The notes beneath the pieces are model-generated. The model worked only from the letters and a program-made list of their open reading frames with translations, ran no database searches and was not told where the DNA came from. From an uncultured Campylobacter sp. (GTDB taxonomy: Bacteria > Campylobacterota > Campylobacteria > Campylobacterales > Campylobacteraceae), in assembly GCF_938045205.1 (NCBI RefSeq), contig NZ_CALIMY010000138.1:8619-72618 (forward strand): a stretch of 64,000 bases of DNA, given 5' to 3'. This document shows, in pieces, positions 31,982-40,152 of this stretch. The first letter of the stretch is position 1, and every line of letters starts with the position of its first letter. The position numbers were made by a program, and so were the translations under genes.

Positions 31982-33811
31982 ATGAAAAATTCTATCTCTG
32001 AGCTCGCGGAAAATTTTAATTCAAAATCCGCTTTAAATTTTATCTCAAATCAGACGTGCAAGCGTGTGAAAGACACAGCGCCTGGCGGTGTGATAAATTT
32101 CGCTCCAGCTTCCCGCTTCAAAAGAAATTTTAAATTTAAAGATGCGACTGCCGAGTTAAATTTTATCAGCGTGCGAAATTTAAAATTTTATCCCACTTCG
32201 GCTGGTTTCGCCGCACGCAATCGTGCCTCGGTCGGTTTTGCCGTGCACAGTCTCGTAGCGCCCTATTCCGCTCCGCGCGTCAGAAATATCGAAAAAAAAG
32301 TTACTTTAAATTTTGCGGCTCTTGTGCCAAATTTAAACTCTGCGCAAATTCTGAACTGCGCCGAAAATAAAGCTTTAAATTCCGCAAAAGCCCCCACAAT
32401 AAATCCTTGCGAAAATTCCGCAAGAAATTTCAAACGAAATTTTATATTAAATTGTGCGGAAAATTTTACTTGCAACGGCGCAAATAGCGCGAGTTCGCTA
32501 AGCCGTGCAAGCGTCGTAGACGATCCAAATTTAAGCTCCGCAAAAAGCCATGTCGCCGCTCACATGCGACGCTCAAAGAAAAATTTTACCGATATCATTG
32601 CAAAGGGCCACGGCTTCGCTCAAGCGCTGCAGGGGTTTGGATTGAAAAATTTTGAGGCGCGGAATTTCGCGAAGAAATCTAATTCGGCAGAGAATTCTAG
32701 CTCTGCTCGAAGCTTAAATTCCGCGCAGAATTTCGATTTCGCGCAAAGCTCGAATTCTACGCAGAGCCCTGCTGCCGCGCAAAATTCTGCCTTTACGCAA
32801 AGCTCGAATTCCGCGCAGAGTTTCGGGCAAAATTCTAGTTCCGCGCAAAACCGCGCGCAAAACCCCGTTCCGCCTAGCAGGCTGTGGGATCTGGGGCTGC
32901 TTTTCGTAGCGATCGTTTGGGGCTGTACCTTCGTGCCGGTTCAGCGCGCGCTGCATAGCGGCGACGTTTTTAGCTTTTTGTTTTGGCGCTTTTTGGCGGC
33001 GAGCATTTTTACCTACCTCGCCTGCCTGCGCTTCGGCATCAAATTTGACCGCGGCACGATAGGGCGGGGCGTGTTTTGCGGGCTGATGCTATTTTGCGAT
33101 TTTTCGTGCCAGACCATAGCGCTTGATTATGCGCTATCATCGACGGTGGCGTTTATTTTGGGGCTCAACGTCGTCATCGTGCCCTTTTTGATGCTTGTGT
33201 TTTTCGGTAAAAAGGTCGGTGCGAGCGCCTTTGGCGGCGCAGTCGTGGCGCTTTTTGGGTTGTATTTTTTAAGCGGAGCAAGCGGCGCGGTGGGATTTGG
33301 CATAGGCGAGCGGCTGACGCTAGTTTCGGCGTTTGCATACGCGCTTCACATCGTCTTTACCGGCGTCTGCGCGCGCAAAAGCAATCTCTACGGCTTTGTG
33401 ATCGTGCAGTTTATCTGCGTCTGCGTCTGCGCGCTGATCGCGGCGGTTTTCACTCCTCACGCGCAGTTTGAAGGCGAGATAAGAGTACTTGGAAATTTGA
33501 TCTTTTCGCCGAGTTTTGATTTCGTTTTCGCGCTGGTTTTGACCTCGATCTTTGCTACCGTCGCGGCGTTTGTGATCCAAACGATGGCGCAAAACCGCGG
33601 CGTAAGCGAGATAAAAACGGTGCTTATTTTCGCGCTGGAGCCCGTAAGCGCTGGCATAATGGGGTATGCTTTCGGCGAAAAGCTAAGCGCGCTTCAAATT
33701 TTAGGCGCGACGCTGATACTCGCAGGTATCCTGCTTAGCGAGCTGGGTTGGCTTTTAGGCGCGAAGTTTGCTAAAGATCGAGCTTGCGAAAAAACAGACC
33801 GAGGCGACTAG
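31982..33811 (+). CDS. EamA/DMT-family transporter with a long repeat-derived N-terminal extension
   Basis: The 10-TM EamA core starts near 32882 (LWDLGLLFVAIVWGCTFVPVQ). No ATG, GTG or TTG lies immediately upstream of TM1. The frame is open back to ATG 31982, and the only other in-frame ATG is at 32564. Confidence 0.72.
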   Translation: MKNSISELAENFNSKSALNFISNQTCKRVKDTAPGGVINFAPASRFKRNFKFKDATAELNFISVRNLKFYPTSAGFAARNRASVGFAVHSLVAPYSAPRVRNIEKKVTLNFAALVPNLNSAQILNCAENKALNSAKAPTINPCENSARNFKRNFILNCAENFTCNGANSASSLSRASVVDDPNLSSAKSHVAAHMRRSKKNFTDIIAKGHGFAQALQGFGLKNFEARNFAKKSNSAENSSSARSLNSAQNFDFAQSSNSTQSPAAAQNSAFTQSSNSAQSFGQNSSSAQNRAQNPVPPSRLWDLGLLFVAIVWGCTFVPVQRALHSGDVFSFLFWRFLAASIFTYLACLRFGIKFDRGTIGRGVFCGLMLFCDFSCQTIALDYALSSTVAFILGLNVVIVPFLMLVFFGKKVGASAFGGAVVALFGLYFLSGASGAVGFGIGERLTLVSAFAYALHIVFTGVCARKSNLYGFVIVQFICVCVCALIAAVFTPHAQFEGEIRVLGNLIFSPSFDFVFALVLTSIFATVAAFVIQTMAQNRGVSEIKTVLIFALEPVSAGIMGYAFGEKLSALQILGATLILAGILLSELGWLLGAKFAKDRACEKTDRGD

Positions 33812-34558
33812 GATTATCGAGGCGCCGCTGGTTAGATTGAGCTTAAAGCTCAAAACAAGCCCCGCCGCGCAGAAAAGCGCCGATAGCGCGCAGCTTATCG
33901 CCATCATCGAGCCTAAGTTTTTTGAAATTTTTTCGGCGATGAAAGGCGGGATCGTCATCAGCGAGATCACCAAGATTAGTCCTACGATCTGAATCGATGC
34001 GACCACCGCGAGGCTCGCCATCACTACGAGGACGTAGTAAAAGACGCTCGTATTCACTCCGCGCAGCAGGGCGAATTCCTTATCGAAGCTGATCGCCAAA
34101 AACTGTCTGTAAAAGCATGCCGTAAGCGCCGCAAATGCCGCGCCGCAAATGCCGATGAAGATTAAATTTTCATGATTTATCGCTAAGATCGAGCCGAATA
34201 AAAAGCTCATCAGATCGGATTTGTATCCGGGCGTGAGATCGGCGAAGATTATCCCCAGCGCCATTCCAAACGCCCATATCGCGCCGATTACGGCGTCGAA
34301 GCGCTCGGTATTTCGTAGCGTGACGTAGGCGATTAGCAGCCCCAAAAACAGCGCAAATACGCTAGCTCCCAGTACGGGCGAGATGCCTAAAAATAGCGCG
34401 ATGCCGATGCCGCCGTATGCGCCGTGCGCGATGCCGCCTGCTATGAAGCTCATGCGATTTATCACGACTAAAGAGCCTACGACGCCGCAGACTATACTGA
34501 CCAAAAGTCCGCCAAGTAGGGCGTTTCGCATGAAATCGTAAGATAAAATTTCAGCCAT
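33755..34558 (-). CDS. Metal (Zn/Mn) ABC transporter permease, ZnuB-like (ABC-3 family)
   Basis: 267 aa and polytopic, immediately downstream of and overlapping the ATPase gene. Confidence 0.85.
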   Translation of the reverse strand: MAEILSYDFMRNALLGGLLVSIVCGVVGSLVVINRMSFIAGGIAHGAYGGIGIALFLGISPVLGASVFALFLGLLIAYVTLRNTERFDAVIGAIWAFGMALGIIFADLTPGYKSDLMSFLFGSILAINHENLIFIGICGAAFAALTACFYRQFLAISFDKEFALLRGVNTSVFYYVLVVMASLAVVASIQIVGLILVISLMTIPPFIAEKISKNLGSMMAISCALSALFCAAGLVLSFKLNLTSGASIILVASVCFFASSIFSKLRA

Positions 34559-35318
34559 TTTCGCCCTCCTTGCAGCAGCATTCGTTAAGCGCGAGATCGA
34601 CGGCGCAGAAGTGTCCGTGCTCGCGTCGCAGGTGATCTAAAAATTCCGCTCTGCCTCCCGGATCGATCTCATGAGTGTGCGCCGAGCCGTTTGCGACGTA
34701 AAGCGCGCGGTTTGCGTAGTTTAGCGCAAGCTGCACATCGTGGCTGATTAGAATTATGCCGCAGCCGCTCTCGTTTAGGGATTTTAAAAGCTCGTAAATT
34801 TGAACCTGCCCCATCGTATCGATGCTCGCTAACGGCTCATCGAGAAGTAAAATTTTAGCCTTCGCGCACAGCGCCCGCGCGATGTAAACGCGCTGTCTTT
34901 GTCCGCCGCTAAGCTCGCTGATACGGCAGCCTGCTAAGCTCTGCATGCCTACGCGCTCCAGGGCTTGCATGGCTTGCTCGCGCTCGGATTTAGAGTAAAA
35001 GCCGAAAATTTTCTTATCTATCAGCCCCATTAAAACGACTTCGAGCACGCTTATGGGAAAGCTTTTGTTTATCGCGATGAATTGCGGCACGTAGCCCATT
35101 TGCGCCCTGGCAAGCGCGGGCGATCTGCCTAAAATTTCGATCGTGCCCGAGCTTGGTCGCAGCAGCCCCAAAAGCAGCTTCAAAAGGGTGCTTTTGCCGC
35201 CGCCGTTGGGCCCGAAAATCGCTAAAAAATCGCGCAGCTCGTAGCTTAGGTTTATATCTTTTAAAATTTCGCGTTTTTCGTAAGCAAAGTTTAAATTTCT
35301 TATCGTCACGTCCGCCAT
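34551..35318 (-). CDS. Metal ABC transporter ATP-binding protein, ZnuC-like, with His/Cys-rich C-terminal tail
   Basis: It has the Walker A GPNGGGKSTLLK, the signature LSGGQRQRVYIARAL, the Walker B ILLLDEPLASID, and the tail HTHEIDPGG...HGHFCAVDLALNECCCKE. The ATG at 35318 (MADVTIRN) is preferred over 35381. Confidence 0.88.
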   Translation of the reverse strand: MADVTIRNLNFAYEKREILKDINLSYELRDFLAIFGPNGGGKSTLLKLLLGLLRPSSGTIEILGRSPALARAQMGYVPQFIAINKSFPISVLEVVLMGLIDKKIFGFYSKSEREQAMQALERVGMQSLAGCRISELSGGQRQRVYIARALCAKAKILLLDEPLASIDTMGQVQIYELLKSLNESGCGIILISHDVQLALNYANRALYVANGSAHTHEIDPGGRAEFLDHLRREHGHFCAVDLALNECCCKEGENG

Positions 35319-35417
35319 GAACGCCCTTTCGCCTAGATTTTGAAAGTATTTATTATAGCCCAAATTCGGAAAAATTGCCAAATTTTGCTATTATTACAAA
35401 AAATTTAAAGGCTAGCG

Positions 35418-36332
35418 GTGGAGAAAATCGGCGAAAAATCAGATGAAAATAACTGGGATAAAAAGTCCGAAAGTTACGCTAAATTTAGCGGCGAGCTAGG
35501 GGATTTTGGCAAGCGGGTGTTTGAGATATTGCGCGGCTGGGGCGTGAGCTTTGCTGGCAAAAGCGTGCTAGACGTGGGCGCCGGCACGGGGGTTTACTCG
35601 CTGTATCTCGCGTCGCTGGGCGCCAAGGTTACGGCGATCGATAGCTCGGAGGGGATGCTGCGCGAGCTAAGGCGTAGCGCGCAGGAGTTTGGCATTAGCT
35701 TGCAAAACGTATTAAATTTAAGCTTTGCGGAGTTTTGCGAGCGGCTTAGCCGCGATGGTTTTGCAGACGCGGTGGGCGAAAATTTTAAAATTTATCCGCG
35801 TTCGCAGAGTAAAATTTCAAACGCGCAAACCCAAGAAAGCGCCGCACAGGCTTTAAATTTTAAAAATTCTGCGAGCAAAACCCGCGAGAGCGAAAATTTT
35901 AAAATTCCCGCAGTTTTTGATATCGCGTTTCTTACGATGAGCCCTGCACTGAAGAGCACGGAGGATTTTGAGGCGTTTTTGGCTTTAGGCGAGCGAAAAA
36001 TTTATCTAAACTGGGCGAGCGAGCGCAATTCATCGATGCTTGCGCCGCTTTTTGAGCGCTTTGGCACGGGGCATAAAAGACTTGCTACCGCCGCCGAAAA
36101 GTTCGAGGCGCTACTAAAGACGCGCGACATCAAATTTAAAAGCGAAATTTTAACTGAAAAGCGCGAGCAAAAACGCAGCCTGCAAGAAGCTGTGCAAAAC
36201 GCCGCATGGCACCTACATATGGACGGCGCGAAGGCCAGTGAGCGCGAGATCGAGGAGCTTTTAAAAAAGCGGGCTAAAGGCGGGATGATAAGCGATGAGA
36301 TCGAAGCGAGTTTTAAGCTGTTTTATATTTAG
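35418..36332 (+). CDS. Class I SAM-dependent methyltransferase carrying an in-frame repeat insertion
   Basis: Motif I is VLDVGAGTGVYSL, followed by VTAIDSSEGML. An insertion of about 45-60 aa bounded by ENFKI repeats precedes VFDIAFLTMSP. Confidence 0.8.
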   Translation: MEKIGEKSDENNWDKKSESYAKFSGELGDFGKRVFEILRGWGVSFAGKSVLDVGAGTGVYSLYLASLGAKVTAIDSSEGMLRELRRSAQEFGISLQNVLNLSFAEFCERLSRDGFADAVGENFKIYPRSQSKISNAQTQESAAQALNFKNSASKTRESENFKIPAVFDIAFLTMSPALKSTEDFEAFLALGERKIYLNWASERNSSMLAPLFERFGTGHKRLATAAEKFEALLKTRDIKFKSEILTEKREQKRSLQEAVQNAAWHLHMDGAKASEREIEELLKKRAKGGMISDEIEASFKLFYI

Positions 36333-37167
36333 CCTGGCGCCGCTTTTGGGGCTTTGCGGCAATCTTTTCTCGCCGCTTGAGATGCCTAAATACGACCCGC
36401 AAAAGGCGCGGCTGGGCGCAAAAATTTTTACTGACGTAAGATTTAGCAGCAAAGGCCGCTCCTGCGAAAGTTGCCACAACTTCTATCTAAACGATTCGGG
36501 TGCTTCGGTGCGCGATGGACGCGTGCCTACGCTCATAAATTCTTATTATTTTGACCGCTACTTAGGCGATTATAATTTCGCGGGCTTTGAAGCGCGGATC
36601 GCAGCGTCGGTCTTTGGCACGAACGAGCTTAATGCGAGCGAAGATAAAATTTTAGAGCTTATTAGGAAGAATTTAGCCTACAAGCAGGCTTTTGAAAGTG
36701 CTTACGGCGAGGCGAATATGGCGAACTTCATTGATGCGCTGGCGGAATTTTTAAAGTCCAAAACGGCGATAAATTCCAAATTTGACCGATTTTTGCGCGG
36801 CGAGGTTAAGCTAAATGATGCCGAATATAACGGATATGTGCTTTTTGTGCGGCTGTGCTCGGCATGTCATAACGGCGTTAGCCTAGGCACCGGCAGCTTT
36901 ACTAAAATTCGCCCAAGCGTAGAAGAGGAGGATGCGCCTAGACACAGGCTCACTTCCGATGGATTTGAGTTGCGCCGCGTGCCTAGCTTGCGCAATATCA
37001 CGCAAACCGCGCCTTACGTAAACGGGCAGACGGATTTGCGTCTTGCGGTGCGGCAGATTGCAAAGGATCTGCTAAAATACGATCTTAGCGATGGGGAGCT
37101 TGATGCTTTGATGAGCTTTTTAGCTACACTTAAGGGCGAGATGACGGAGGCGCAGGATGAAAGATAA
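36295..37167 (+). CDS. Di-haem cytochrome c peroxidase / MauG-family protein
   Basis: It has a signal peptide and two CxxCH motifs (CESCH and CSACH) at CCP-like spacing. It overlaps both neighbouring genes. Confidence 0.82.
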   Translation: MRSKRVLSCFIFSLAPLLGLCGNLFSPLEMPKYDPQKARLGAKIFTDVRFSSKGRSCESCHNFYLNDSGASVRDGRVPTLINSYYFDRYLGDYNFAGFEARIAASVFGTNELNASEDKILELIRKNLAYKQAFESAYGEANMANFIDALAEFLKSKTAINSKFDRFLRGEVKLNDAEYNGYVLFVRLCSACHNGVSLGTGSFTKIRPSVEEEDAPRHRLTSDGFELRRVPSLRNITQTAPYVNGQTDLRLAVRQIAKDLLKYDLSDGELDALMSFLATLKGEMTEAQDER

Positions 37168-39577
37168 GATAATGTGGACTTTGATGGTGGGGATTATGAT
37201 ATTAGGCATAATCATCGCCGGGAATTATTTCTCGTCGCTAAGAGATGTAGCGAGATTTAGCACGATTTCGCGCGAGCTAGCTTTGATCGATAACGCCGAT
37301 AACCGCTTAAATATATTATTTGATGCAAAGATCGCAAGAAGGGACTTTTCGATTGCAAATGCCGATATGCGCGGCATCTATCAGGTGCTGCAAGCTCTAC
37401 AAAAAGACAAAATCATCGATAAAATTGGACTTAGCAGCGATGTGCGCGCGATCGGAAGCGCTTTTAGCGATAAAATTTCACTTTTGGACGAGCTTGGGGC
37501 TTTAAATTCGCAGAATTTAATCCTTTTTCAAAGTCTGCAGCAAAAATTTTTATCCAGTGGCGCAAATGCGCAAAGAGCAAATCTCTACTCTCAAATTTTA
37601 GGGCTTAACTATAAAAATCGCTCCGAGATCTCTGCTTTAAAAAGTGCGCTAGAAAGCGCAGATGCGTCAAGCCCCGACGAAGCTGCGTTTATAGGAATTG
37701 CGCGGCAAATTTTAAGGAATTTCGAGCGGCAAAATATCATTGTAAGCGATAATCTCTCGTTGCTCAACGAGCGCTTCGCAAGCCTGCGCGAGCGATTTTC
37801 TTACGCTAGCGAGGAATTTTACGGCTCGTTTATGCAAATGACGATGCTTTACACGGCGGTGTTTTTGTCGTTTTTACTGCTTACTTACATCATAAATTCC
37901 GATGCTTTGCGTAGTAAACGCGCCCTCGCGCCCTATCACGCACTATGCGAACAAGCAGGCGAAGCGATAGTTTTAGCAGATCAAAACTTTAAAATTTTAT
38001 ACGCTAATAAAAGCGCGCTTAGCTTAAGCGGCTACGAACAAAGCGAGCTGGAAGGAAGCGATCTTGGAGTTTTGATGCCCAAAGATAAAGGGATCGAACT
38101 TCCTGCGATGGTAAATAAAAGCGCCAAAGATACGCGCCTGCTTCGTAAAAACGGCGAACTAGCCGATGTGAGCCTAAGGCTAGCAAATATCGCCGCTGCA
38201 TCCAAGCCGCCGCTATATGCGCTTTACGCTCATGATATCGGCGAGCGCGAGATTATGAAGCTAGCTCTTGCGAGCGCGAAGGAGAGCTTAAACAATCAAG
38301 TCTATATCGATCATCTTACGGGCCAGGGCAACGAAGCAGCGCTATACGAGCTAATAAACGCCGAAAAAACGGGCGTAGCGATCTACATCACTATCGTAAA
38401 TTTTGCAAATTTACGGCTTTTTTACAAGGCGGAGACGACGAATGAAATTCTGCGCTCCTTTGCGCGTACGCTTGCGATGTGTATCGAATCGCACGAGATC
38501 AAAGCCAGTATCTTTCGCATCCAATCGGATGAGTTTTGCCTATTTTACGAGGGACTAAATGTCGCGCGCGACGTGGAGATCATAAACAAATATTTCACCG
38601 ACAAGGTTTTTAATCTCCATACGACCGAGGGCTTTGCCTCCGCGCCTTTAAATATCACGATGGGCGTAAGCGAGCGTGCCGACGTAGCGGGCGGCGCAAA
38701 TAGGGTCTTTCAGGCGGTTATGGCGATGTATGAGGCGCAGAGCAAAAACGAGCACGTGGGCTTTTACTCGCGCCCAAATGCGATTGAGGAAAAATATCTG
38801 CAAAACCAGATTATGATCAACACCATTCAAAACGCGATCAAGAAAAATCAAGTCTTTGTACTCGTTCAGCCCATATTTGATATTACTCACCGCGATCCTA
38901 CCGGCAACACATACGGCACCGAGGGCGGTGATTATGTTCCCTTAGTATATGAAATTCTAATCCGCCTAATCGACCGCTCGGGCAAGACGCGCTGCCCGGG
39001 TGAGTTTATCGACATCGCAAAGCAAACCTCGCTCTACATCCCGCTAACTCAGGTCGTAATAAACGAAGCCTTTCGCTTGCTAGACCGCTTCGCAGGGACT
39101 TGCTTTAGCATAAATCTTTCATATTTTGACATCGCAAACGAAGGTATCAAGGAACTTTTAGAGCGCAAGCTCGCATCCAGCCCAAATGCTTCAAATTTAT
39201 TTATTGAAATTTTAGAAAGCGAGGAATTCGACGATTACGAGAGTCTACGCAGCTTCATCGCCGTAGCCAAAAACTACGGCTGCAAGGTCGCGATAGACGA
39301 TTTTGGCAGCGGATACTCCAACTACTATAGAATTTTAACGCTCGACGTGGATTATATAAAGATCGACGGAGCGCTCATCAAAAACATCGCAAACGACAAA
39401 AACTCGCGCGCCATCGTCGAAACGATCGCTAACTTCGCGCGCAAGCAGGGCTACGAGCTCATCGCCGAATACGTAGAAAACCACGAAATTTCAATCATCT
39501 TAGAAGAGATGGGAATTAAATATATGCAGGGCTACTTCTACAGCAGGCCGATGGAGCCTTCGAGGATAAAATTCTAA
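37157..39577 (+). CDS. Membrane sensor: periplasmic domain - PAS - degenerate GGDEF - EAL (probable c-di-GMP phosphodiesterase)
   Basis: 806 aa with a periplasmic loop flanked by two TM helices. The PAS-like segment is EAIVLADQNFKILYANKSALSLSGYEQSELEG. The GGDEF position reads QSDEF. The EAL landmarks are intact: EILESE, DDFGSGYSNY, DYIKIDG, AEYVEN and QGYFYSRP. Confidence 0.86.
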   Translation: MKDKIMWTLMVGIMILGIIIAGNYFSSLRDVARFSTISRELALIDNADNRLNILFDAKIARRDFSIANADMRGIYQVLQALQKDKIIDKIGLSSDVRAIGSAFSDKISLLDELGALNSQNLILFQSLQQKFLSSGANAQRANLYSQILGLNYKNRSEISALKSALESADASSPDEAAFIGIARQILRNFERQNIIVSDNLSLLNERFASLRERFSYASEEFYGSFMQMTMLYTAVFLSFLLLTYIINSDALRSKRALAPYHALCEQAGEAIVLADQNFKILYANKSALSLSGYEQSELEGSDLGVLMPKDKGIELPAMVNKSAKDTRLLRKNGELADVSLRLANIAAASKPPLYALYAHDIGEREIMKLALASAKESLNNQVYIDHLTGQGNEAALYELINAEKTGVAIYITIVNFANLRLFYKAETTNEILRSFARTLAMCIESHEIKASIFRIQSDEFCLFYEGLNVARDVEIINKYFTDKVFNLHTTEGFASAPLNITMGVSERADVAGGANRVFQAVMAMYEAQSKNEHVGFYSRPNAIEEKYLQNQIMINTIQNAIKKNQVFVLVQPIFDITHRDPTGNTYGTEGGDYVPLVYEILIRLIDRSGKTRCPGEFIDIAKQTSLYIPLTQVVINEAFRLLDRFAGTCFSINLSYFDIANEGIKELLERKLASSPNASNLFIEILESEEFDDYESLRSFIAVAKNYGCKVAIDDFGSGYSNYYRILTLDVDYIKIDGALIKNIANDKNSRAIVETIANFARKQGYELIAEYVENHEISIILEEMGIKYMQGYFYSRPMEPSRIKF

Positions 39578-40152
39578 TCTCATCTCGCCGCAGCCTTATG
39601 ACCCGCCTTTTTAAATTTACGAGCCAAAGATCGTCTTCGTAAGGCGATAAATTCTGTTTTAGCAAGCCGCCGCTTTAATTCATACGAAATTTATCTTGGC
39701 AAATACTACGCGGTTTTATCGCGAACTTATGGTGCGCCTTATAGCTAAATTGCCAAAAAAGCTTACGCGTGGCAAATGAAGTGAGAGCTAAATTTAAAAT
39801 TTAATAGCGGATTTATGGATGAAATTTTGCGAAGTTCAAAATTTTAAAATTCTAAGCCGTAGAATTTTAAAATTTAAAATGCGCGAACTGCAAATTTAGG
39901 GCTAAATTTTAAAATTCCGTAGCGATAAAATTTTAAATTCCGCACCTTAAATCCGCCTGCAAATTTTAAAATTTTACGGCGCAAATTTCGATCTATTCGT
40001 TTTATAACATTTCGCGCGAGCTTTACAAAATAAAATTTTAGTGCGCCTCGCTCTAAATAACGATAGAGCTTTCAAATGCAGGCGGAATTTTTAAGTGCAA
40101 ACTTCCCGCTTCAGCAAAAATGGGTTTAAGCTTTAGGCTTTAGCGCATTAGC
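39578..40152. repeat. Densest RAATTY / AAATTTTAAAATT(T/C) repeat field
   Basis: No ORF. I count 15 RAATTY hexamers between 39790 and 39988, including AAATTTTAAAATT(T/C) units at about 39839, 39862, 39904 and 39961. Confidence 0.75.

Noticed and set aside
39578-40152. A CRISPR array interpretation of the repeat fields, here and in the other spacers.
   Set aside because: The repeat units are short (6-14 nt), variable and irregularly spaced, with no unique spacers of constant length. No cas genes or leader-like organisation are present in the window.
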